A program made the translations under genes and the position numbers. Below, one piece after another: positions 1 through 10,879 of a stretch of DNA of 34,220 nucleotides. Position 1 is the stretch's first letter; every line of letters starts with the position of its first letter. The notes under the pieces are model-generated. The model did not search any database. It was given only the letters and a program-made list of their open reading frames with translations, and was not told the origin of the DNA. Source of the stretch: Piptocephalis cylindrospora (taxonomy: Eukaryota); contig KZ987740.1 of NCBI GenBank assembly GCA_003614145.1, positions 1 to 34,220 on the forward strand, given 5' to 3'.

Positions 1-184
1 GACTCCACGAGTGATCCTAGTCACCATTCGGTCATTCCTCCCCCTCCTCCCTCCTTCTTTACGTGACCACCCAGCCACATCATAGGCATCTCCCTCCCCT
101 CTCTCTCTCTCTCTTTGCGGAGAATCGAGCCATAGATCCTCCTTTATTTACCAAACACTCTATCTTATACAGTGATGGGGTATC

Positions 185-399
185 TATCTTTCTTAATTAT
201 CTTAGAGCCACCAGTCAATACGCTTTTACAATAGTTTATCTTTCTTAATTATCTTAGAGCCACCAGTCAATACGCTTTTACAATAGTTTATCTTTCTTAA
301 TTATCTTAGAGCCACCAGTCAATACGCTTTTACAATAGTTTATCTTTCTTAATTATCTTAGAGCCACCAGTCAATACGCTTTTACAATAGTTTATCTTT
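185..399. repeat. Perfect 52-bp tandem repeat, 4 copies plus 7 bp
   Basis: The unit TATCTTTCTTAATTATCTTAGAGCCACCAGTCAATACGCTTTTACAATAGTT starts at 185, 237, 289 and 341, with a partial copy at 393-399. There are no spacers. Confidence 0.97.
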
Positions 400-557
400 G
401 CTCGAGAAGGATCCAACTTGGAAAAGGCAAAGAGGGATGCATTAACCAAAAAAGAGGAGCAACTATATCATTTGGACTACCTCATCATACTAGGATATGA
501 CGTTGGAGAGATGGACCATGCAAGTTCTACCTGGGAGTCATTTCTGTCAGCGACACA

Positions 558-1298
558 TCACCCCCTAAATGTGCGGTATTGATCTTGATATCCTTGGAAG
601 GCGAATGGATTGAAAAAGTCTTCGGCCCCGAAATTTTGTTTTTCTCCATAGGTAGGTGGTGGATTGCGCAGATAATTCGCTTGGTCATTCATCCGTGTTC
701 CAAAGGTAGGCTGACCGGGAGGATCATTACCCTGACCGCCATGTCCCGCTCCAAAGGTGGATGAACTAGGGGCATAATTACTCTGACCGTTCGTCCCTGC
801 CCCAGGTAAAGGCTGACTAGAATAAACAGTCCTAGTATCAGAGCTACTCGTGTGGCTTCTGGGTGGAGAATTGGCTGGGACAACGTAGCCATTTCTAATG
901 ACCCATGGCGTATTGTCGTCAGTGGCCCCATCACCGATCCCACCATATCCTCCCCGATAGGCTCCAGGCTCATCCAAGTAGTCATACGATTTACCATGAC
1001 TGTCCCCGGAATTCAGTATCTCATTGGTGGCATAGAGACCAGTACCCACTGCCACACCTGTGCCGGCCCATTTGAGGGCCTTTTTGTTGTTTTGGATCGT
1101 GGTTCCCCAAGCTCCATGCATAGGTAAAGCGCTCTCTGGGGTCTGTGATACGGCCTTTTGGCTACCCTTCCCCAGGAGGCCTTTGAAGCCAGAGGAAAAC
1201 TTGGATCCTAGCTGATCGGCAAATCCACCTTTGGTCGCTGGAGTCAAGGCCATCAAGGCAATTGACAATGGGAAGAGGAAGGAGGGAAGGGTGTGCAT
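558..1298 (-). CDS. Secreted orphan protein, 246 aa, Gly/Ser/Pro-rich (candidate effector)
   Basis: Intronless ATG-to-stop ORF. It has a signal-peptide-like N-terminus (MHTLPSFLFPLSIALMALTPATKG), is preceded by a CT-rich tract, and contains no recognisable domain. Confidence 0.7.
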   Translation of the reverse strand: MHTLPSFLFPLSIALMALTPATKGGFADQLGSKFSSGFKGLLGKGSQKAVSQTPESALPMHGAWGTTIQNNKKALKWAGTGVAVGTGLYATNEILNSGDSHGKSYDYLDEPGAYRGGYGGIGDGATDDNTPWVIRNGYVVPANSPPRSHTSSSDTRTVYSSQPLPGAGTNGQSNYAPSSSTFGAGHGGQGNDPPGQPTFGTRMNDQANYLRNPPPTYGEKQNFGAEDFFNPFAFQGYQDQYRTFRG

Positions 1299-1331
1299 GA
1301 CGGGGGAAAGTGTCGGGAGCTAGAGGAAAAA

Positions 1332-1425
1332 GGAGGAGGAGGAGGAGGAGGAGGAGGAGGAGGAGGAGGAGAAGGAGGAGGACGAGGAGGACGAGGAGGA
1401 CGAAGAAGAGGAGGGAGGAGGGGGA
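1332..1425. repeat. (GAG)n trinucleotide microsatellite / purine tract
   Basis: About 12 consecutive GAG units are followed by degenerate GAC/GAG units. On the - strand this is a pyrimidine tract just upstream of the ATG at 1298. Confidence 0.9.
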
Positions 1426-1934
1426 GGAATGACCGAATGGTGACTAGGATCACTCGTGGAGTCTAGAAAGAAAGGAGAGGAAAGGACGAAGGCGACGGCT
1501 GAAGGGGAGAGAGAGGGAGGGTCGGGAGGAAGCAGAGGAGGGGGGAGGGAAAGGGATAAAGAACGGAAAGGGAGCATATGCAAAATCACAGTGGACTCTG
1601 ATATTTCTTATAGCAATGGACCTAATAGTCCTACTTAGCCATTCAATTTCAAGGTCAGATGTCAAACTCCGATATCGAATGCTAATATCCAGGAGTTATT
1701 CTTATTTGGTCGCCTATCAAATGACAGGCAGCAAGGAGCGGTGAATAAAGTGCCCTAGATTCAACTACTGTGGAAATTTATGTCAAATTTCTGAGTCGGC
1801 TCTGCCCGGTCACTTGGGGAGAGACTTCCACATATGCCCTCCTACGGAACCTGTGGCCGGCATGCCCGATCTGGTATAGAGCGGGTCGTTCTCTCTGCTA
1901 TCGCTCTTTCCTTTATCCTCCTTTGCTCCGTGAA

Positions 1935-2668
1935 ATGCTGTTCAGTGGACGGGTATACACTTCGATTAGACATCCTCTTCCTTCATGGTCTGGGATAGGT
2001 AGGGTCCTCAGTGTCCCTGCACAGACTAGGGCGCACGGAAATGTGTCGCGTAGCCGACCAAGAAGTAAGCCCTGAGGATATCAAAACGCGCACCTGTCCT
2101 CGCCCTAACCTCCTCATCCTCTATAGTCCAGGCCCATTCCCCCACCTCTACAGGCCCTTCCCGTACCCTTTTAGGGCCCCCCAGGCCCGTCTCCAAAGTT
2201 AGACCCGTGGTCCTTCCAGCCCCACTGGATGAAACTCCCTCTGTAGGTGACTTGGCAAGGCTCCTGCTGTAGTATATTCACTTAACTATCTCTTCTAGGA
2301 GCGCGCTTATCGCATTCGATGTCGCAAGGCCAATGAAAGGCACGAGGAATTTTGGCATGGAAATAACGCTCTCTTTGCCTCTCAGTTAACTAATGCCAAG
2401 GCCTTGGGTAAGTTGGAGCGCGTTTAAGCATACCATTTCTATTCACTCATGCTCCTCTCGGCTTTTAGAAGATCCAGAGGCATTAACGACATTTTATCAA
2501 AGATTCGCCATGAATCAGCAGACTTCGCATCGGGAGTATACTTTGTGGTGGTGGAAGGAGAACTTCATCCTCCTTGGTCTCGCGATCCGTGCTCGGTTAT
2601 CCCGATGGTCCGTGGGGTCCAAGGCCACCCCCACTGAAACTTACTTTGACGGGAGAGATACTTTATGA
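1935..2668 (+). CDS. COA8: Cytochrome c oxidase assembly factor 8 (COA8/APOPT1 family), 4 exons, 184 aa
   Basis: join(1935..2064,2127..2242,2299..2407,2469..2668), 555 nt and in frame. Donors are GTAAGC, GTAGGT and GTAAGT, all acceptors are TAG, and CTAAC lies at 2105. The spliced product has an Arg/Ser-rich presequence, then LLGPPRPVSKVRPV..DETPSERAYR..EEFWHGNNALF..FYQRF..HREYTLWWWKENF, the motif order of the COA8 family. Confidence 0.8.
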
Positions 2669-2869
2669 ATTTCTGTCTACCTTGGCCTTGCTGTGTTGTC
2701 TTTATCTGTATACCCCTTTTCTACAATTCTTATCATTTGTGAACGATGATTTGGCTAGGAGAATGGGGATGAGCGGAGCATGACTGATATATCACGCGGC
2801 TAGAGGGGCTATTTACATGTGCACACCCTATCTTCCTTTATCTCCTTCGCCCCATCCCAACCAGTCAAC

Positions 2870-3990
2870 ATGTCCTCCTTGCCCCCAGTCCCTCAACCCC
2901 CGTATACTCAGCATACTCAGCACAACAACTGGAGGTTCTCCCAGGAGCAGCTACTCAAGAGACGACAGGACAACCTGAGGGCATCCCTTGCACGACTTGC
3001 TTCCACCCCGGAGCAGGAAGTCACCCTAGAGGACCAGCTCGACCTATGCTCCTTCTACGAGGGCAGGCTGGTTACCCTGGCCCGCGCCCTCAAGTACTCA
3101 GATGCCGTGCTGGGCACGGCGATTGCCTTTTTCCGTCGTTTCTACCTTAAGCACTCCATCCTCGACCATTCCCCCGCCACTCTCATCTTTCCATGTCTGT
3201 ATCTGTCCCTCAAGGCCGAAGACAACTTTATCCCCATGGACCAGTTTGTCACCAAGGTCAAAAAGTCCCTTAGTGATGGGGAAGCCATCCTGGCCATGGA
3301 ATTTTGCCTATCTTCTTCCTTGGGCTTCCAATTTGCCATTCGGCATCCCTATCGACCGCTCTATGGTTTTTTCCTAAATGCTCAGGTAAGTGCCTAAACT
3401 CAGGTCTGTATTAGGATTGTACTCCAGAATGATTAAGCCTTCCTCCTCTCCCTTGCCCTCAGCGCCATTGCAAGGATCGGCCCATTCTTCGTCGGATCCA
3501 TAAGGAGGCTAAAGCCCGGGTCCGTACCGCTCTCCTTACTGATGCCCCCCTCATCTACTCTCCTTCTCAGATCGCCCTGGCCGTCCTCTCCCACACCATT
3601 TATCAGCAAGGCACACCAGATCTCAAGTCCAAGTACTTGGCTCCCCTGATCAAGTCTCATCCCCTAGAGAATGTTCCAGGCGGTCTTGCCGGAGTCTTGG
3701 ACTCTATCAATGCCCTCATTGATGCTTACTCCCCCACTCCCAGGGAAAGGGCTACCCAATGTGACGCAAAACGAAAAGCGCTTACCTCTCTCATGTCTCC
3801 CTCTGTCAAGTCTATCGATTTACGGGATCTTTCCACTTCAATTTCTCCTGCTCCTGAAAGTGGCGCAGGGAAGAAGCGGCCCCCCTCAGAGGATCCTGAA
3901 GCAAAAAAGGGCCCACAAAATGATGATGACAATCCCTTTGCCCCTAGCCCCCGAAAGAGAATTTCCTCTGGTCCATCCGACGCTTCATAA
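2870..3990 (+). CDS. CCL1: Cyclin H (TFIIH kinase cyclin, Ccl1/Mcs2)
   Basis: join(2870..3385,3463..3990) with a GTAAGT...CAG intron. Motifs: TQxxNWRFS, TAIAFFRRFYLKHS, CLYLSLKAED, HPYRPLYGF, LLTDAPLIYSPSQIALA. Confidence 0.92.
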
Positions 3991-4110
3991 TGCATAGATA
4001 TTCCCTTGATAGTCCCCTCTTTGCCTGATTGCACCTCATGAGTAATACAACCCTGCCTCTGTTTAGTAAGCTGTTGGTTCATTGCACTTTCTCTCGGCTC
4101 GTCGCCGACA

Positions 4111-7100
4111 TTAATTCTTCGCCTTTAAAGGCACAATGACTTCTCCTTCCTCCACGGCCGTCATGGAAGGCTGTGTGGGGATGGACAAGGTAGAATCCTC
4201 CGGCTTTACCCGTCCCTCCTCCCTGCCTGAACTGGTCATACCAGATAGGTAGGACCTCCAGCCACCCTCGGTTTCGATCTTTTCAAGACGAGCAGACAGG
4301 GTTCCGAGGAACCGGGGGACCCAGGGCTCGATTTGGCACCTTCCCTTTTCTTGAATCACCTGAGTATCCGACGGCTGGAAAGTCCTTCGCGTACTATAGG
4401 ATGGGGGATTGAGCGCGATGAGAGACACCAAAAGATTCAAAGACCTCCCAAGCCACTCTCGCATTAACTTACTACTTGAGAACATAATCAGGTAAGAGGC
4501 AGATGGCTAAGGCAAGGGCAAGAGTAAAGTAGTAGGGGCCTGATTGATTCAGGGATCCGTACACATCATGCTCTACGAGGCCAATGACCTCGAGCATATA
4601 CATGATTAGGAGGTAGAGGATAACCGTAGCCCCAAAGGCCAAGTAGGATGGCCAGGTCCAATGGTGGTGCAGAAGGATGGATTTCCCCATCACCACTAGC
4701 CACACCATTGTTCCTACCCAAAGTCCCTGGGAAAGATCTCCAAGGGACATTCCATGTTCATACATCACCCCATCCATCTCGGCCAGGACAAAGATCCCGA
4801 AAATGACTGATTTAAGTGCAGGGATATGAAGTGAGATCAAGGTAATGAGGGGACGAGAAAATAAAGAAAATATACGCTTACCCGCTGAATGGTACATAGA
4901 GGCCAGGCCCCATCCAGCCTCAACCCACCAATTCCAGTAGAGACCATCCTTGACCTCTCGGTAGAGCCGGGGATTCGCTGCAATTCTTTCCTCATCCACA
5001 TCTTTATCCAGACAGGCCATGGCCACGGGTGGGGCCGAGGTGAAAACGACGTTCCATAGGGTGAGGAATTGATCGATGTAGAGCTCCTGGGCGCACCATG
5101 CACTCTCGAATCCGAACCAGAACTGGACGGCAATAAAGACAATGGATTTGTAGAAGGAGAAGAGGAGGAAGGATGTCATTCGGAGGTAGGAATATCGACC
5201 ATGCACACTGAGGAGTCGACGAAGGGCTCGGAATTCGACAAAAGAGTAGTCACTGGCCCGGACGGCCTGAGCCCCTTCCATCCCCTCGATTCCTACGCCT
5301 ACATGAGCCTCTTGAATCATGCTCACGTCGTTAGCTCCGTCTCCGATGGAGAGAGTGACTTTTCCCAGGCGTTTCTTTACCATTCGGACCACCAGAGCCT
5401 TCTGCAAGGGCGTGACACGACAACAGATAACCGACCTACATCGTGTCCCAACCCACAAAAACTTCTCGGTAATCTCTGGCATGAGCAAGACGTAGATGAG
5501 AGATTCCCCATTGACCACCAACGCCGTCTCTTCCACAGACCCATCGGCCTCTTCCTCGCGCATCTCCTCTATGAATTCATCCAGGGCCACAGAACAATCT
5601 GGGGCCGATTTGGCGTTGAGGGTCATGAGCCGCATATGACGAGAAATGAGAGAGGAGGATTTGCCAATTTTAATGGCGGTTTCCTGCTTGTCTCCGGTCA
5701 AAAGCCAGACGCGAATATCCATCTCGAGAAGGTAGGAGATGGTTTCGGGTACATCCTCCTGCAACTTATCCTCAATGGCCGAGGCCCCCAGGAGGGTGAG
5801 GTTCTTCTCGATAAGCTCGGCCGCCTTGGCCATCCGGTCCTCTCGGCGGCGCAGGGCCCGCTCAGCCTTTTCATAATGCCGGGAAAATTTCGCCCATTCC
5901 CGCTCAGAGAGCCGGCGATACGCCATGACTAGAGTTCGTAAGCCTCCTTCTGAGAGACGAGTTAGGTCCCGTTCCAAGGTTGCGCTTTCTCCTCCAGGGC
6001 CCAGGGGATCCTCAGAAAGACGGGGAAGCACGACATTATCTGCGCCCTTACAGTATAGGAAGATGCCTCGTTCATTTCGAACCACCACGGACATCCTCTT
6101 TCGATCGGAGGAAAACTCAAAGACCTTGAGCAGCTCCCATATCTCCTCCCGCTCCTCCATACGAATCCTCAATTGATCCTTACTTCGACTCACCAGCCAT
6201 ATACCACTAGATCGAAGGCCATTGAGCAGGGCCGTCTCATCGGGAGAGGGGCTTTCATATGTAGGTTCTGGAAGAGAGGGCATATGATCCTTGAGCGTCT
6301 TTTTTTCATCAGCCATCTCTTGATCCTTACTTCTTTCCCCCTTCTCCTCCTCTTCCTCCCCATCCTCGTAGACTGGAAGGGTACCGTGGCAAAGGGCGAC
6401 ACACCGACAAAATTCTCGAAGTAGTTCTCCCGGATCCAAGGCCTTGTCTTCTCCCTCCTCCTCACCCTCAGCCTTGCTCATCTCCACCTCTCGAGCATGG
6501 ATTAGGGCCTTGCCCAGACCCCCAGGGTCCCCGGCCTCATCGTACTCCACACCTTGGACCCACCATCGACTCAGGGTCATGATGTTTTGAGTTAGAGTGC
6601 CAGTCTTATCACTGAATATGTACTCGACGGATCCAAGGTCCTCATTGAGGTTGGAATTGTGAACACGCATCCTCTTGCCACCTCGGCTAGTCATACCCTC
6701 ATCCCAGACCATGAAGGCAGCCTGGAGAAGACGGATGATCTCACAGCTTACAAAAACGGAAATGGGGATGAGGAAGGTGTAGAGGACAAAAAAGGTCATG
6801 AGGACGCCGACCACGTCCCTAGCGGACTTGCTGGCGGCTTCTCCTAGATACCAGGCACTCTGTGCTCCATCATGCGCCTGGGTAGGCTGTGAGAAGGGAA
6901 AGAGAAGATGGATGTAAACATAGTGAATGCTACTCTTGTTCCCGTACAAAAAAAGCATACCGAATTGATGTAGGCCAAGCACATGCTCACAATAAGCAGA
7001 ATGGCATTGAGGACGAAAATGTAGATAATCATCCGATTCAACTTTCTCTCTAGGGTAGAGAACTTGAGACCTGTTTGTTTCAGGTTTCTAAATAGGGATT

Positions 7101-9384
7101 AAAAGGGGAAGAGTGAGTTAGGGATGAAAGGAACGAGGTCAAGGAGAGAAGGATAATGCAGAACTGACTTGAAGATCTTGGTGTCACTCCCAGCATACAC
7201 GACCACGCCATAGATAAGACGGGTATTGCGTAGGAATGTTCCACGCAAAAGAAGACTATCCAAGCCCAAAGGATGGATATCCCCCTTGGGCCCCGAGGAT
7301 TTCGTTTGCTCTTCATGCTCGCCTTGAGACTCGGTTATGATCGTCGTCTCCTTGGGTATATCCCCTTCGTTCATCGAATCCCTAGATAAAGCATCATCTC
7401 TATCTGACCGGGCATAAAGAGTGACAATGCCCTCAAAGGCGTTAAGCCGCTCGTTCGGCAATTCACACTCAATGTGTCCATAAATCCTAGAGATTACTTT
7501 GGGATCCACACAACTTTCAGCTACAGCAGCTTCCTCTTCTACATCCATCGCCTCTTCTTCCCCTTCCTTCGTCACCCTCTCTCCCTCCACGGCTTTTGAT
7601 AAGTCTAGACTCCTCTTTATCCCCTCACCAAGTGGGACGGCCATGCGGCGCTTGAGACTGGTCTCCCCATCTAGCTCGACCGTATCCACATAGCATACCC
7701 CGTCCTCCCCCGAGGACCCGAGGATCATGAGGTCGGCCGGAATGCGCTCTCCTTTACGGATGACCATGATGTCCCCAGCAGCGATATGACGGGAGGTAAT
7801 GTCCTCTACATCGCCTGCCGGAGTTAAGCGACGAAACACCTCCTGATTAGCCACCTTATCGGACCGATATCTCTTGTAATCTTCATGACCATCTTTGATG
7901 GCGGTGATAAGCAGAACGATACAAAGGGGCATGATCTCAGAGGTGGGGTCGAGACCGGGTTCAACCAAGACAAAGATGGCGGCGAGGAGAAAGTAAATGT
8001 TGTAGAAGCGACGGAACTGATTAAAGAGATTAACGGGGAGGAAGGACCAAAGCGTGTACTTGGTAGTACGGATATAATTGGAGGGATATGTGCGTGTAGT
8101 GACCATCTCGGTGGGTCGATCTTCGGGCCACTGAAACTCAACCTCGTAGATCTCCTCGGGTCTCCGCCCCTCAGTGGATGCCCGGGAGGTAGAGTAAAGG
8201 GTGGAGATGCGGGAGAGGGAAGCCCTGCCGGACTTTGCAGATTTATGCCTCTCCAGCCGGGCACCCACTATGTCATCCATGGATTGACGCATGGGGCGAG
8301 AAGGGGTGGTGGGAGAGGAGGGATGGAAAGGGGCGTGTAAAGATTTTGGCCGTGTCCTTCGACGCCTTCCACTGGATTTGAGCGCCTCCCCGTAGTCCCG
8401 GGTGGCAAGGAAAGGGGAAGTATGGGTCCTCCCGACAGAGGGTCTCTTACTTACGCCTTCCCAGGCAGGTGCTGATGCAGGCTGTTTTTCCGCTTCGGTC
8501 TCAACACCACCCCAGTAGTTTCCCTGGGTGTCGAGAGGGGGGAGGGCAGGCCTGGAGTGTCGGCGCTTACCTGGTCTAGTGGAGGAAGTGGAGTGTGCGT
8601 GTTCTCTCGAAGACACACTTCCCCTAGCTTTCTGACCAGAGGTGATACCCTCGGTGGAATGACGGGTCCTGGTTGTATCTTCCAATGAGCTTTGACTTGT
8701 CCCTCCGTGGCCACTCTGCTTCCTCGGGGAGTAGTCGGACTCTAAGAGAGGATAAATGAGATGAGGCATTGAAAAGGGAAAAAGGGTGAAACATTTACCA
8801 AGAGTCGCTCTAGAAGGCTGGTACCCCGGTAGAGAACGTCGGGATGGAAGAGATCGAGAGAGGAGCTCCCTTGCTATCACCGGGATTTCCACATTACCTT
8901 CCTCATCTAGACCCCCATTATCCTCCTCCTCCGTAGGAAGTTCCGAAAGATCTGCTGGCCCAGTGTCGGATTCTACATCATCTTCCTGCTCCGAGAAGGG
9001 ACGTATATCGGAGATAAACGATCCAAGATCGGAATCATCCTCATCCTCGTCATTCCCTCTACCCTTTCCCTTAGATTCTTTCGTATCTTGATCATCATGA
9101 TCCATGGGTAAAGCGTATTGGGAGTGAGTGGCATAGTAAGAATCTCTAGGGGGGGGGCGGGAGGCATGACCAAAGTGGCCTTGTACAGGGGGTTCGTTGA
9201 AGGACGGATCCGCGGGATCATCACTCCGGGTGGTATGAATGGAATCAACACCTGTAGTGGAATGAATGGATTCGGAGTACCGGAGTAACTGGGCAGCTGG
9301 ATGGGACAAAGGTACGGGATGTGATGATGAGTGGACTGACGAGGGTGAGGGGGGGGGAGGGGCTGGGGAGGGTAACAGCCGCAT
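4111..9384 (-). CDS. P4-type ATPase (phospholipid flippase)
   Basis: complement(join(4111..4393,4473..4806,4882..6886,6961..7087,7169..8741,8799..9384)). Motifs: NYIRTTKYT, LDGETSLK, IPISVFVS, FSDKTGTLT, FSSDRKRMSVVV, LTGDKQETA, CCRVTPLQKA, GDGANDVSMIQEAHVGVGI. The start codon is uncertain (9384 or 9442). Confidence 0.95.
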
Positions 9385-10790
9385 TGATGGGCTCTTCTAT
9401 AGAAGCCTTGCTAGCACGACTGGAAGGGCGTGAAGGGGTCATGGTTTCAAAGACAGGGTTACCAACCCAAGATGGAGAGGGGAGATCGGATGGGTGGTGG
9501 AGAGGAAAAATAACTCTACTTCACGTCAGAAATATCTGGGCGATGGTAAGGGAGGGAGAGAGAGAGGGGGGGAGGGGGAGGGAATGGGTGCCTCTGTTAC
9601 TCCTAAGGAGGTAAAAGTCAATACTAGGGAATGAGGAATAAGTAAGGTAGAGAGAATACTAGGGGAGGAGTAAGAACAAGGAAAAGGATGAATAAGCCAA
9701 GGATAGGAGAGGTAGAGAAAAGAGAGGTAGGAAGTCAAGGTAAAGGGACAGCCGCGAGAGCGAGGCGTGCAGGCTTGGAGCATATAAGTGGACGCCCGCA
9801 GGCCGATGATGGTCTAAAAGGTACACATACGACCGATGAGAGTGAGCGTGGGTGCTGAGAATGATCGTAGGAGTGGGGAGAAGCCCAAGGACTTGTGGTT
9901 CTGATTGTCGTCTGGGTTGGGTTACGATGAGGAATTTGCTCTACTGCCCAGAGTAGCCGAGGGGCGCTGGCAGGGGTGGCGGTGTTTTTAGTATGGCGGT
10001 GTACTCACTGCACAATTTGAGAGAAAGGGGGAGGGGAGCGGAGCGGAGTTGACCCAAAAATTGCTTGTGAAGATCACCGCCCGTCTATTGCCACCCCAAG
10101 ACTAAAGAGACATGGGATAGAGACGGGCAATGGCCTCGCCCACCAAGGTCATAGGGAGAAGCAGGAAGATATCAGGAGAGCAGCTGCTTTTTAGCCTTAC
10201 CCGCTCCCCCCTGAGGAAGGGTACTGTTCAGGGGGAAAGGATGGATAATGACAGACCAGGAGGGTGGGGGGAATATGCACGTGTATCCAGAAAGTCCTGA
10301 CGCAACTGGATCCAAGGTTTGAAGAGCGGGTGAAGAGCTATGCCCAGAGAAAGATAGGGGAGGGGGGAGACGACGGCATAAAGATGAGATTCCCCTGCCA
10401 TTAATCCCGCAAAAATTGGCTCGGTAATAAATACTTGTTTGGGTTACAAAAAGGTCATCGGAGTTGAGCTCCTTCTCAACGAGGGAAGGCATCGTGTTTT
10501 CCATGAGGCTATGACGAACCAGAGTGGCGAATGGAGACCACATGTGTTCTAGAAGCCCTTTTGGGGATACTTTTTTGGAAAGCACGTTATTGATGGTCGT
10601 ACAGGGCAGCATGTAGCCAAGGCACTTCCCGGATAAATGAGGGTATAAATGCGCCCGGGATATCATTCAATTTAACCTCGCACCCTCTCCAACCTGACCC
10701 CCAAACTCTCTTCCCTTTTTTCACGACGTTTTCCAACTTCCCAACGAACCTTTCCTATCTGCCCTTTCTTAAACGACCTAACGTCTCTTT

Positions 10791-10876
10791 CTTGCTACAC
10801 TCAATCTCACATTTTTCACCCCCCTTCCCTTGCTACACGTTCTCACTTTTCCCACTCCGCCTTCCTCTTGCTACAC
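10791..10876 (+). repeat. Degenerate 38-bp tandem repeat abutting the start codon
   Basis: CTTGCTACAC recurs at 10791, 10829 and 10867 (exact 38-bp period), with similar TCTCAC..TTT..CC spacers. The ATG is at 10880. Confidence 0.8.
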
Positions 10877-10879
10877 GAA

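Noticed and set aside
185..399. CRISPR array
   Set aside because: The units are contiguous and identical with no unique spacers, the context is eukaryotic, and there are no cas genes.
5069..5932. 287-aa + strand ORF and other long antisense ORFs (e.g. 26940..27383, 32987..33490)
   Set aside because: These are antisense shadows of conserved genes (flippase, RPB3, CAND1).
9805..9860. Box C/D snoRNA (ATGATGG...CTGA)
   Set aside because: Box C is imperfect, there is no terminal stem, and no rRNA guide was recognisable.
10172..10666. 164-aa ORF on the - strand
   Set aside because: It has no recognisable motif or signal and lies in the divergent promoter interval, so it cannot be supported as a gene.
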